Shown here piece after piece: positions 29,159 to 39,270 of a DNA stretch of 64,000 nt. Position numbers and translations under genes: made by a program. The notes under the pieces are model-generated. The model was not told where the DNA came from and did not search any database. It was given only the letters and a program-made list of their open reading frames with translations. How positions within the stretch are numbered: position 1 is the first letter of the stretch; the number at the start of each line of letters is the position of its first letter. Source of the stretch: an uncultured Gemmatimonadales bacterium (GTDB lineage Bacteria > Gemmatimonadota > Gemmatimonadetes > Longimicrobiales > RSA9); the NCBI GenBank assembly GCA_963798085.1, contig CAWCRS010000005.1:192001-256000 (forward strand), given 5' to 3'.

Positions 29159-30264
29159 ATGACGGTGCCAGACAACGCCGGGTCCTTTGCCATTGCGCCG
29201 CCCATCGAGCCGATGCTGGCGAAGCTGGCGGAAAAACTGCCGAGCGGGGGCTCGTTCTTGTTCGAGCCGAAATGGGATGGTTTCCGCGCGCTGGTCTTCC
29301 GCGGCGAGCAGGACGTGTACATCCAGAGTCGCGACCTGCGCCCGCTGGATCGCTACTTCCCGGAGCTGCACGATGTGCTGCTCGCGCGTCTGCCGGCCGG
29401 GTGCGTGCTGGATGGCGAGATCGTGATCGCGACGGCGCGGGGTCTGGACTTCGAAGCGCTTCAGATGCGACTGCATCCGGCGGCATCCCGGGTGGCGAAG
29501 CTGGCGCAGGAGACACCATTGGCATTTGTCGCCTTCGATATTCTGGCGGTGGGCGGACGCACGGTGATGGACCAGCCGCAGAGCGAGCGCCGCTTGCTGC
29601 TGGAGCAGTTGCTCGCCGGTGCGCAACCGCCCGTGCACCTCACGCCCATGACACGCGACGCCGGGACCGCGGCGCGCTGGCTGGACGAATTCGAGGGTGC
29701 GGGGCTGGACGGCGTAGTGGCCAAGCCGGTGGACGCGCCGTATCAGCCGGGCAAACGCGCCATGATCAAGATCAAGCATGCGCGCACGGCGGACTGTGTG
29801 GTGGCGGGTTTCCGCTGGTACAAGACCGGGCGTGACATGATCGGCTCGCTGCTGCTGGGCATTATGATGACACGGGGCGGCTGCAGCATGTCGGGGTCAC
29901 GTCATCGTTCACCATGACGACGCGACGTGAGCTGGTTGCCGAGCTGGCGCCGCTGCGCGAGGGCGCGCTGGACGGCCACCCGTGGCGCGAGTGGGCCATG
30001 GCGCCGGGCAGCGAGCCTCGCCGTGTGCCGGGCATGCAGAGCCGGTGGAGCGCGGGGAAGGACCTTTCGTGGGAGCCGCTGCGCGTCGAGCGCGTGTGCG
30101 AGGTGAAGTACGACCACATGCAGGGCAGCCGTTTCCGCCATGCCGCGACGTTTCTGCGCTGGCGGCCGGACAAGCACCCGGCTGACTGCCGCTACGAACA
30201 GCTGGAGGTAACCGTTCCTTATCAGCTGGACGACGTGTTCGTTTCAGGATCGAAGGGTGCCTGA
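29159..30264 (+). CDS. ligC: ATP-dependent DNA ligase (LigC type), single-base frameshift near 29861
   Basis: PMLAK, EPKWDGFR, LDGEIV, AFDIL, DGVVAK, KIKH; after SLLLG the other frame reads YDDTGRLQHVGVTSSF and joins ORF 29914-30264 (EVKYD, RFRH, WRPDK). Confidence 0.85.
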
Positions 30265-30308
30265 CGCGGGTCGGCGGCGCACATCCCGCTTCTCCGGAGG
30301 GCACCGCC

Positions 30309-30575
30309 TCAGCGGAACATGGCGGGATTGATCTCGAGAGAGATTTCCATGATGCGATCGGCAGGCAGGCCGGCCCGGCGCGCGTGTTCGGCCACGGCTT
30401 CGGCGCTGGGCGCGTCGTATTCGCAGTAGATCTTGCCCGCCACATCGGAAACATAGCTGCGGATCCAGATCACCTCCGGCATGTCATCCAGGACTGCGTT
30501 GGATCGGCGACCGGCTGCGTCGAGTTGTTCGCGGGTGAGTGAGCCGACATTTCGTTCGATGATGTAACGCGGCAT
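30309..30575 (-). CDS. DUF4242 domain protein (SCO4226-like)
   Basis: MPRYIIER, WIRSYV, KIYCEYDAPSAEAVAEHARRAGLPADRI. Confidence 0.88.
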   Translation of the reverse strand: MPRYIIERNVGSLTREQLDAAGRRSNAVLDDMPEVIWIRSYVSDVAGKIYCEYDAPSAEAVAEHARRAGLPADRIMEISLEINPAMFR

Positions 30576-30614
30576 TGGCTTCCTTCCGGCTGCTCAGGGC
30601 ATTGAGATTCCAGA

Positions 30615-33600
30615 TCAGAGCGCATCACAGGCTGCCAGCAACTCGGCGTCCGCGCAAGCACCTGCCAGGGCGCGTGCCTGCTGTGCGAGGCGATCGGCCT
30701 CGTGCGTATCCGCGAGCCTCGCCTGCGTCCGTGCCAGAAAATAGAGCATCCAGGCCTCACCCCGCTGGTCGGCGGTGCGCCGGCGGATCTCGAGCGACGC
30801 CTGGAAGTGGCGCAGTGCTCCTGCCGCATCGCCGTTGTCCAGTGTGATCTCGCCCAGCAGTGCAAGCGCGTGTCCTTCGAGTTGCGCCAGTCCCGCGCGC
30901 CGATGGTGCGCGAGCGCCTGCTCGAGCAGCTGGCGGGCATCCTCAGCGCGGCTCATGGCACGCAGGGTCGCCGCCAGGCTGTTGAGCATCAGCCCCTCGC
31001 CGGCGTCATCTCTTTGCTCCCGGAAGAGCGCGAGAGCGCGCTCGTACTCGGCCATGGCGGCATCGTGATCCCGACGCGACCAGGCGATGATGCCGAGCTT
31101 GTTGCGCGCCCGGGCCTCGGCTACACCATCGCCGCAGCGCGCGTACAGTGCGGCGGCGGCACGCCAGGCGGTCCCGGCCCCCTGCGTATCGCCGTCGCGC
31201 TCGAGCGTCGTCGCAATATGGCTGCGCATCTGCGCCTCACCGGCGGCGTCCTCGAGCTGCGCGAACAGCTCCGCCGCTTCCTGCAGTGACGCCAGCGCCT
31301 CGGTGCGCCGTCCCAGTCCCACGAGCACTTCGCCCAGCATGCGCAGCGACTGCACCAGACCCGGCACGAAGCGCGCGCGCCGCGTCAGGTCGACCGCGGC
31401 GCGATAATACTCCAGTGCTTCATCGATACTCCCGGCGCGCAGGTGGATGTGCGCGAGGGATGTGTAGTGATAGGAGAGCTGGATGGGCAGGCGCTTGCCG
31501 GCTGTCAGCACGCGTGCGCGTTCGAGGTAGTCGCGGCGCGTCTGTTCGTCGCCCAGCTCGCCATACACGTTCGCCAGATTGTGCAGCAGGTAGCTCTCCA
31601 TCAGGGCGACATCGCCGCGTACGCCGCTGTCTACGCCGAGCGGCTCCACGATACGCCGAGCCAGCTCGAGGCCTGCCAGCAGCTGTGTGCGGGCGCGCTC
31701 CAGAGCGCCAATGCCCTTGAGGATGTAGCCCAGGTTGGAGAGGTCGCCGACAATGGCGAGGTCATCGCCGCGTACGCGATCAATGGCCAGCGCCTCCTCC
31801 ACGAGGGCCAGGGCTTCGGCGTCGCGATGCTGGTGCACGCGCAGCAGGCCCAGGCTGCGCAGGGTGTTGCGCTGTCCCTGTGCATCGCCGGTCGCGCGCC
31901 GGATCTCGAGGGAGCGCAGGAGCGCGGCTTCGGCGTCGTCGAAACGGCGCAGCAGCGTGTACAGATCGCCCTGGCGCACGCACACTTCTGCGAGCGTGGG
32001 CTGGTCTCCCGACTGCTCGACGAGGGCGAGCATTTCGTCGATGATGCGCTGCTGGCGCTCGCGCTGTCCGAGGGTTTCGCAGAGTCGTTCCTGACGCAGC
32101 AGAATGGCGATCAGCGTCTGGTCGCGGTCCTCCTCGGCGGGCAGGCGGGCCAGCCACACCCGCGCGCGCTCGAGCATGGTGAGTGCCTCATCGAAGCGCG
32201 CGAGTCCGCCCGCGCGGTCCGCGGCGCGCATGATGTAGTGGACGGCCTTGCGCGCATCCCCGGAGTTGCTGAAATGATGCGCGAGGCGTTCGAAATGTTC
32301 ATCCAGCCGGTCCTGGTACACCTGCTCGATCGCCTCACCCACCCGTCCGTGCAGCTCTCGCCTGCGGTGCTCCAGCATGCCACCGTAGGTGACCTCCTGC
32401 GTAAGCACGTGTTTGAAGCGATAGACGGCGTCGGGCAGCACACGGGTCTGCTGTATGAGGCCGGCGCTCTTGAGCACATCCAGAACCTCCGGCAGGTGGC
32501 CGGTCGTGGCGCGTGCGTGCTCGAGGACGCGACGCGGGAATTCGCGCCCCACGACCGAAGCGTAGCGCAGGACATCGCGCGCCGCGGGATCCAGTCGATC
32601 GAGGCGCACGCGGATGACCGCCTGGACGGTGGCAGGCAGCACCAGTTCGTCGGCATTCCTCTCGAATTCGACAACGCCGCGCTCCACGCGCAGGGCGCCC
32701 TGCTCGACGAGCGTCTGGCAGATCTCCTCGAGGAAGAAGGGATTGCCGCCGGTTCGCTCGTGCAGCAGGCGAGCCAGATCCGCGGGAACTTCGGAAACGT
32801 GCAGCAAGGCGCACAGCATGGTGTGTGCGGCGCCGGGCTCCAGCGGCCGCAGCAGCAGCTGCTCGTGCTGGATCGATGTGGGCCATGGTTCGGCCGCATC
32901 GGGCCGCATCGTGACGACGATGAGCAGCGCATGGTCGGCGACCAGCTCGATCAGCTGGCGCAGTACTTCCGCGGACGCGTCGTCCACCCAGTGCCAGTCT
33001 TCGAGCAGCAGCACAGTCGGGCGGCGGCGCGTCAGTGCGGTGAGCAGGGCAGCCACGGCTTCTTCGGCCGCGTAAACAAACTGTTCGCCACGCAAGTGCT
33101 GCGGCAGCGGCCATGCTTCGTTCGCCAGCGAAAGCAGGTGCAGCAGCAGCGGGATGAAATCCTCGAGCGCCCCATCCAGCTCGCGTATGCGGAGGATGGC
33201 GGCTTCGGCCCTTTCGCCCGGCGCGACATCATCGAGGCGCAGCGCATCGCGCAGCAATTCGACGAAGGGCAGGTACGCGGCGCCGCCGTACGACTGGCAG
33301 CGGCCATGGAGCACGAGCACGTCGCGGGTGGCGAGCGAGGCCCGGAATTCGTGCACCATGCGGCTCTTGCCGACGCCGGCTTCGCCGAGGATGGTGACGA
33401 AGCGGCCGCGGCCGGCGCAGGCGGCATCCAGATCGCGTGCCAGCAGCAGCAGTTCAGTTTCGCGTCCGGCCAGCGGCGTCAGGCCTTTCGCCTGTCCGGC
33501 GACCTCGAGCCGGCTACGCAGTCCGGAATCGCCCAGCACACGCCACGCGACCAGGGGCTGGGCGCGGCCGGCGAGTGCAATCGGCGGACACGCCTCCACA

Positions 33601-35241
33601 CGCAGGAAATCGCCTGTCAGTCGTGCGCAATCCGCGCTGATCAGGATATCGCCGGGCGAGGCCAGACCCGACAGCCGATCCGCCGACAGAACGGTATCGC
33701 CGCTGATGCTGAAGGGTGCGGCTGTGTACGATGATGGCTGCGCCATCACGGCGCCTGCGTCAATGCCACTCTGCAGCCGCAGCCGCGGTGCGTCGGCGGC
33801 GGCGTCCGTGCTCATGCCCTCCACGCGATCGTGCAGCGCGAGCACGGCGCGCACCGCGCGGATCGCGTCATCCTCGTGCGCCACGGGCAGGCCGAACACG
33901 AGTGTCAGCAGCTCGTTGGATGTCCGTTCAACGGTGGCATCGTATTCCCGGGCGACGCGCTGTGCAGCCTGATGCACGCGCCGCACCTCCGCATCAGCAC
34001 GCTCGGCGGCCATGCTCTGGACGCAGTCGGCGTATCCGGCAATGCGACACACGGCGACTGCTGCGTGGCGCCATTCGCTCTCGATGACGGCGGCTCGCGG
34101 CAGGCGCCGTGGCGCCGTGCTGCGACGTGCTGACGCCGGGTCCTGCGTCAGCAGCCGCACCAGGGCATCCAGCTCGTTGCCGAATTCGGCGATCGTTTCG
34201 TGGCGTTCGTCGACATCCTGCGCGAGTGCCCGACCCAGCAGCTGCTCCGCCGCCGTGCTCTGCTCGCTGGCGGCGGCCGGGCTCATTCGGGGCACTCGTG
34301 CGAACGCCTCGCGCAGTCGCGTCGCATCGAGGACGCCGGCAACGGGCCGCGTGCCCGTGAGCATTTCGTGGAGCACGATGCCCAGCGACCAGACGTCGGC
34401 GCGGCCATCGATCTCGAGGCCGGCAGCCTGCTCGGGGCTCATGTAGGCGATGGTGCCGGGCCGCGCATCCGCTTGCGTGATCTCGACGCGCGAGAGCTTG
34501 GCAATCCCGAAATCGAGGATCTTCACCACGCCATCCGCGGTGAGCATCAGGTTGGCGGGCTTCACATCGCGATGGATGATGCCTCGCCCGTGCGCGCGGG
34601 CCAGGCCGGTGGCGGTCTGCCGTGCGATGGAGCATGCGGCCCCGGGGGGCAGCGTGCCGCGATCGAGGCGCTGGCGCAGCGTCTCGCCCTCGTAGAAGGG
34701 CATTGCGATAAACAGCTGATTATCAGCCGTCTCGCCGATCTCGTAGATCGTGCACAGGTTGGGGTGGTCGAGTGCTGCGGCCGCCCTGGCCTCGAATGCG
34801 GAAGCGTTCCTTGGCCTGCGGGTCGCTTCCCAGCTGCGGGTGCAGGAATTTGAGCGCGACACTGCGTCCGAGGCGGGTGTCGCGTGCGACATACACGACG
34901 CCCATGCCGCCACCGCCAATGCGCTGCAGCAGCTGGTATTGCGCGATGGTCTGTCCCTCGAGCGGGGCGCTGGCGGGGGGTGGCGCGAAGCGGGCGACGG
35001 GCGCGTCCAGCACGCCACCGGGTTCGTGCGCACGCAGCAGCGATTCGACTTCAGCACGGAGTTCCGTCTGTCCGGCGCAGGCGTGGTCGAGGAATGGGGT
35101 GCGCTCATCGGGTTTCAGCGCGAGCACGGCGAGCAGCAGTGCACCGGCGCGCTCGAACAGTTCCTGTGCGCTGATGCGGGTCGCGACCTCTGGTGGTGGT
35201 GCGGATCCCGCCTGCGGACTGGCGTGCTGGCCGGTATTCAC
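30615..35241 (-). CDS. Ser/Thr kinase - class III cyclase-like - AAA/STAND ATPase - TPR protein, single-base frameshift near 34795
   Basis: GGGGMGVVY, VALK in ORF 34723-35388; HRDVKPAN, DFGIAK, SPEQ, GEAGVGKSR, LLLEDWHW, TGGNPFFLEE, YRFKH and TPRs in ORF 30615-35108; GTG start overlaps ECF stop. Confidence 0.88.
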
Positions 35242-35855
35242 AGGCTGGATGCACCCAGGCTCGTGTCGCTGCCCAGCTCGCGGTGCAGCCATGCGCGCGC
35301 GATCGTCCAGTCGCGCTTCACCGTGGCGGGTGATGTGGACAGCGCCTCGGCCGTCTCCTCGACGCTCATGCCGCCGAAGAACCGGCACACCACGACCTGA
35401 CTCTGGCGCTCGTTCAGCGCGGCGAGCCGCTGCAGCGCTTCATCCAGCTGGAGCCATTCGTCGAGCTGCGCATCGGGCGCAAAGAGGATGTCAGCGGCCG
35501 CTTCATCGGAAATGCAATGCTGTCCGCCGCCACGCTTCTGCGCATTGCGCTGCACGGCGTGATCGATCAGGACCCGGCGCATGGCAACAGCCGCGGCGGC
35601 GAAGAAGTGCGCGCGACTGCGCCACTGCATCTGCTCCGTGCCGGCCAGCCGGATGTAGGCCTCGTGCACGAGTGCGGTGGTGTCGAGCGTGTGGCCGACC
35701 TGTTCCGCGCTCATGCGACGGTGCGCAACGCGGTGCAGCTCCTCATACACGAGCGGGACCAGGCGGTCCACCGCGTCGCGCGCGCCGCCGGCCGCTTCCT
35801 CGAGCAGCCGCGTCACTTCGCCCCGCAACGCCTGATCGCTCCCCGCATCCGCCAT
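35238..35855 (-). CDS. ECF sigma factor (TIGR02999-like, kinase-associated)
   Basis: EVTRLL, LVPLVYEELHRVA, HTLDTTALVHEAYIRL, RFFGGMSVEETAEAL, TVKRDW. Confidence 0.93.
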   Translation of the reverse strand: MADAGSDQALRGEVTRLLEEAAGGARDAVDRLVPLVYEELHRVAHRRMSAEQVGHTLDTTALVHEAYIRLAGTEQMQWRSRAHFFAAAAVAMRRVLIDHAVQRNAQKRGGGQHCISDEAAADILFAPDAQLDEWLQLDEALQRLAALNERQSQVVVCRFFGGMSVEETAEALSTSPATVKRDWTIARAWLHRELGSDTSLGASSL

Positions 35856-36064
35856 GCGCAATCCGTCCGGTTGTCGGGAGGTCGTACCGACCCTCTCATC
35901 ACCCGCAAGATAGCAGGAGATGCGGGCAGCAGGACACCGCGGCCGGGTCATTCCGCGGCCGCTTGCCGGTGAGCCCTGACGCCCGGGTCCTGCGCCACTG
36001 CGGGATGAGAGGGCGCCCGCCAACGACGGCGCCGGTGCCCCGACCTTCACCGCGGAGGCAGGCC

Positions 36065-36670
36065 ATGGCGGAAGAATGGGCACTCGAGGGCAACTACACG
36101 GAAGCGTGCACATGTGAGGCGGCGTGTCCGTGCATCATGCTGAGCACGCCCACGGAAGGCTCGTGCACGGCAATCGTGGGCTGGCAGGTGAACCGGGGCC
36201 GCTTTGGCGACGTGCAGCTCGACGGGCTCAACGTCGCCCTCGGTGTGCACACGCCGGGCAACATGAAGGAGAAGGACTGGAAGGTGGCGCTCTACGTCAA
36301 TGAACGGGCGAATCCGCGGCAGCGCGACGCGCTGACGCAGATCTTCGGGGGCGCCGCGGGCGGGCACCCGTCCCGGATCGCCCAGCACATCGCGGAAGTG
36401 GCGGGTGTGCACTTCGTGCCGATCACGTTCGAGACCAATGGCAAGCGGGGCCGCCTTGCGGTGGGCACGGTGGGCAGCTCGACGTGGCAGCCGATCGAGG
36501 GCCAGAACGGAGGCACGGTTACCGTGTCGGGTCAGCCGCTGGCGGTCTCGCCGGGTCACGCGGCGGTGGTCGGGCGCGCGAGTCACGCGCGCTTCCACGA
36601 TCATGGCATCGAGTTCGACGCTGCGGGCCGGCAGGCAATGGTAGCACCCTTCAGCTACGCCGGTCCATGA
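36065..36670 (+). CDS. DUF1326 family Cys-rich protein
   Basis: WALEGNYTEACTCEAACPC...PTEGSC, GRFGDVQLDGL, IFGGAAGG. Confidence 0.88.
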   Translation: MAEEWALEGNYTEACTCEAACPCIMLSTPTEGSCTAIVGWQVNRGRFGDVQLDGLNVALGVHTPGNMKEKDWKVALYVNERANPRQRDALTQIFGGAAGGHPSRIAQHIAEVAGVHFVPITFETNGKRGRLAVGTVGSSTWQPIEGQNGGTVTVSGQPLAVSPGHAAVVGRASHARFHDHGIEFDAAGRQAMVAPFSYAGP

Positions 36671-37428
36671 GCAGTGCGGCAGCTGTGCGCGCGGTCACCG
36701 GCCGCGCGCACCGGCCCGCCCGCTGGTGGTGGGACCGCGGCATCCTGCTGGGCGGCGTGGCGACGGCCACCGTGCTGGCGTGGCTGCATGTGATGCGGTC
36801 GGAAGCGCCCATGCATGCTAACGCCCCGTTCACGGTGCGGCTGGCCATGTGGTCAATCATGATGCTCGGCATGATGCTGCCGGCCGCGTCCCCCATGATC
36901 GTGACGTATGCCGCGGTCAGCAGCCGGTCGGGCGGTCACTATCTGCTGCGAACCGGGGTGTTCGTGCTGGCCTATCTCGACGTCTGGTGTGCAGTGAGCG
37001 CGCTTGGTGCGCTGGCACAGACAGGATTGCGTACTGCGGCGCTGCTCTCGCATCAGGGTGCACTCACGAACCCGCTGCTCGCGGGCGCAGTGCTGATGGG
37101 AGCGGGCGTCTATCAGCTCACGCCGCTCAAGCACGCGTGCCTGCGTCGCTGTCGCACGCCGCTGGGCTTCCTGCTGACGGAGTGGCGCCCGGGCAAGCGC
37201 GGCGCGTTCGTGCTGGGCGCGCGGCATGGCATCGAGTGTGTGCTGTGCTGCTGGGCGGTCATGGCTCTGATGTTCGTCCTGGGCACGATGAACCTGGTGG
37301 GCATGGCTGCGCTGACAGTCCTGATGCTCGCGGAGAAGGTAGCGCCCGGTGGGCATCACATCGGACGGGCCGCCGCTGTGCTTTTCCTGACCTGGGGCGG
37401 CTGGCTGGTCCTCGGCGGGGGAGTCTGA
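36667..37428 (+). CDS. DUF2182 family predicted metal-binding integral membrane protein
   Basis: MWSIMMLGMMLP, YQLTPLKHACLRRCRTP, CVLCCWAVM, LAEKV; ATGA overlap with DUF1326 gene. Confidence 0.9.
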   Translation: MSSAAAVRAVTGRAHRPARWWWDRGILLGGVATATVLAWLHVMRSEAPMHANAPFTVRLAMWSIMMLGMMLPAASPMIVTYAAVSSRSGGHYLLRTGVFVLAYLDVWCAVSALGALAQTGLRTAALLSHQGALTNPLLAGAVLMGAGVYQLTPLKHACLRRCRTPLGFLLTEWRPGKRGAFVLGARHGIECVLCCWAVMALMFVLGTMNLVGMAALTVLMLAEKVAPGGHHIGRAAAVLFLTWGGWLVLGGGV

Positions 37429-37440
37429 GGGTCGCGGTCC

Positions 37441-37673
37441 CCAGCCGGCCACGCCCGGTTCGTCCGGGTCGAGCGGCTCCTGTGCCGGGCGCAGCTCGGC
37501 GGGCCCGTGCTGCAGGTTCAGGCGGATGCGCCTTTCGCGGGTATCGTGCGGCCGATCTCGATAAGCGGGTGTTTGGAAACACGTCGTCTGGAGGGCTGCA
37601 CCCGCGGCGGCTCGCCGCTCTGTTTGTGGTAGTATGGCGGCCAAGGGGCGCGTCGCCCAGGCCTTCGCACTCG
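37441..37673 (-). pseudogene. Decayed duplicate of the 3' end of the primase-polymerase gene
   Basis: 37441-37531 matches 39274-39364 with 3 mismatches; 37544-37673 matches about 39489-39616 with substitutions and a small indel; intervening segment missing. Confidence 0.9.
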
Positions 37674-37898
37674 GTGCGATGCCGAGCCGTGCCTGCAGGT
37701 CCAAGTGGCATTCTGCCTCGTGCTTCACGCCGCGCGCGTCGATTACGCAGTGCCACTGCAAGCGTGGAGGCCACGCGACCACCGTTGCGCGCCCGGCATG
37801 TTGCCCACCTCGTTCGCGACCGTCATGTTGCTACGGTTGGATGACCGGTTGCTCACGACGTCGTCTGCGCCGCTCGACCGAAGGCTCGGAGGCAAACA

Positions 37899-39029
37899 AT
37901 GCGAGCTCTCGTCGGAATCTGGAACACGAACGTCAGCCAGTACTGGGGCACGCTGGAATGGTCCTTGACCGCGCTGCGCTCTGCACTGGTGCGCATGAAT
38001 ACGGCCATGAACAGCGCGAAGATCCCGCCCGGCAGTCTGATCAAGAGCATCTTCGTCGCACCGGAATACCTGGTGGCGAAGCCCGAGATCGAAGCGTGGG
38101 GCTGGCACCGCGCCGTGAGCGAGGTCGAGAAGGACAGAGCGGTACTCGAGTTTCAGAAGCTGAGCCGCCTGTACCCGCGGATGCTGATCGTGCCGGGCAG
38201 CATCGCCTGGTACCGGGATCTGGACGCCGCACAGGCGAGACGCGACCTGAACTATTACCAGTATGTCAATGTCAACCCCTGGCACAAGCAGGTGGCCCTG
38301 CAGAAGACCGCTGACCTTCCCAACCGGTCACGCATGATGCGCAACACGACCTGGGCGCTGCTCAACGGCCAGGTGCGATTCCTCTACAACAAGCAGGGCG
38401 ACTTCAACGAGGTCGTGGGAACCAACAAGAACACGATTTTCATTCCGGGCGGTCGCCGCGGCGTGTGCGATATCGAGAATCTGCGCATCGGCTTCGAGAT
38501 CTGCCTGGATCACAACCTCGGCATGCTGGCCAGCGAGCTGCGCCCCGACAAGGACCCTCCGCACATCCACATCGTGTGTTCCGCCTGGGTGAAGAACAAC
38601 TCCGCCAACATGGCGGTCCGTCACGGCGGCTACTACGTGCACGCCTCCACCGCGGCCACTCAGGGCGGTGTGTGGAAGTGGGATGGCCTGGCAAGAACCT
38701 GGACGCAGGCCTCCGCGACGGGCGGCGGCGATATGTGGTTCTTCGAGATCGACGTACACACCGAGGATGATGACGATTTGTTCGCCACTGTCGTGGGTCA
38801 CGCCGAGTGGATGACCGGCACGTGGCGCGACTGGCACTTCCGGTCTTCGCAGCTGAGAGCCCTCGATGCCGCGCTCAAGTCGTACGAGGACAGCGAATAC
38901 ATGGATCTGGCGAAGCTGGGCGCACTGCGCACCGCGTTCGAGGCCTGGTACGCCGACAACCCGAAGGAGGCCACGAAGCGCAACAAGAACGACGTCGTGC
39001 AGCGGCTGAAGAAACAGCTCAGTCTATGA
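37899..39029 (+). CDS. Nitrilase/C-N hydrolase-fold protein with C-terminal helical domain
   Basis: GGAGG RBS; FVAPEY (Glu), YNKQ (Lys), FEICLDH (Cys); acidic linker then helical C-terminus. Confidence 0.8.
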   Translation: MRALVGIWNTNVSQYWGTLEWSLTALRSALVRMNTAMNSAKIPPGSLIKSIFVAPEYLVAKPEIEAWGWHRAVSEVEKDRAVLEFQKLSRLYPRMLIVPGSIAWYRDLDAAQARRDLNYYQYVNVNPWHKQVALQKTADLPNRSRMMRNTTWALLNGQVRFLYNKQGDFNEVVGTNKNTIFIPGGRRGVCDIENLRIGFEICLDHNLGMLASELRPDKDPPHIHIVCSAWVKNNSANMAVRHGGYYVHASTAATQGGVWKWDGLARTWTQASATGGGDMWFFEIDVHTEDDDDLFATVVGHAEWMTGTWRDWHFRSSQLRALDAALKSYEDSEYMDLAKLGALRTAFEAWYADNPKEATKRNKNDVVQRLKKQLSL

Positions 39030-39270
39030 CTGCGGCCGGCAGCGCTCGGCGCCAGCGCGCCGCGGATGCCCTCGGTGTGTGCTCGATGCAAACTGCGGCA
39101 GCGGGCAGGCTCCAGCGTCTGCGGGAGCTCCCGCAGCGGATCGCCCTGATCGACGCGGACCCCAAGGTAAACTCTTGCGTTGCACGCAGGCGACATCAGA
39201 GCAGGCAAGAACTGTTTGTGCACGATCGAGTACTTCGACACCATCCGCCGTCACGGCATGTGCAGGTTGC

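Noticed and set aside
31443..33734. Long antisense or alternate-frame ORFs (e.g. 31443-33734, 7675-9423, 18660-20243, 41940-43838, 62314-63927)
   Set aside because: Shadow ORFs of GC-rich genes with recognisable products on the other strand; no motifs of their own.
34772..36064. 632-aa ORF 34772-36670 as one long protein
   Set aside because: Only the part from ATG 36065 (after a GGAGG RBS) resembles DUF1326; the upstream part is antisense to the ECF and kinase genes.
39137..39175. ParA-like peptide RIALIDADPKVNS in ORF 38807-39577
   Set aside because: Too short, has no Walker A, and the ORF overlaps two real genes; chance or an unprovable remnant.
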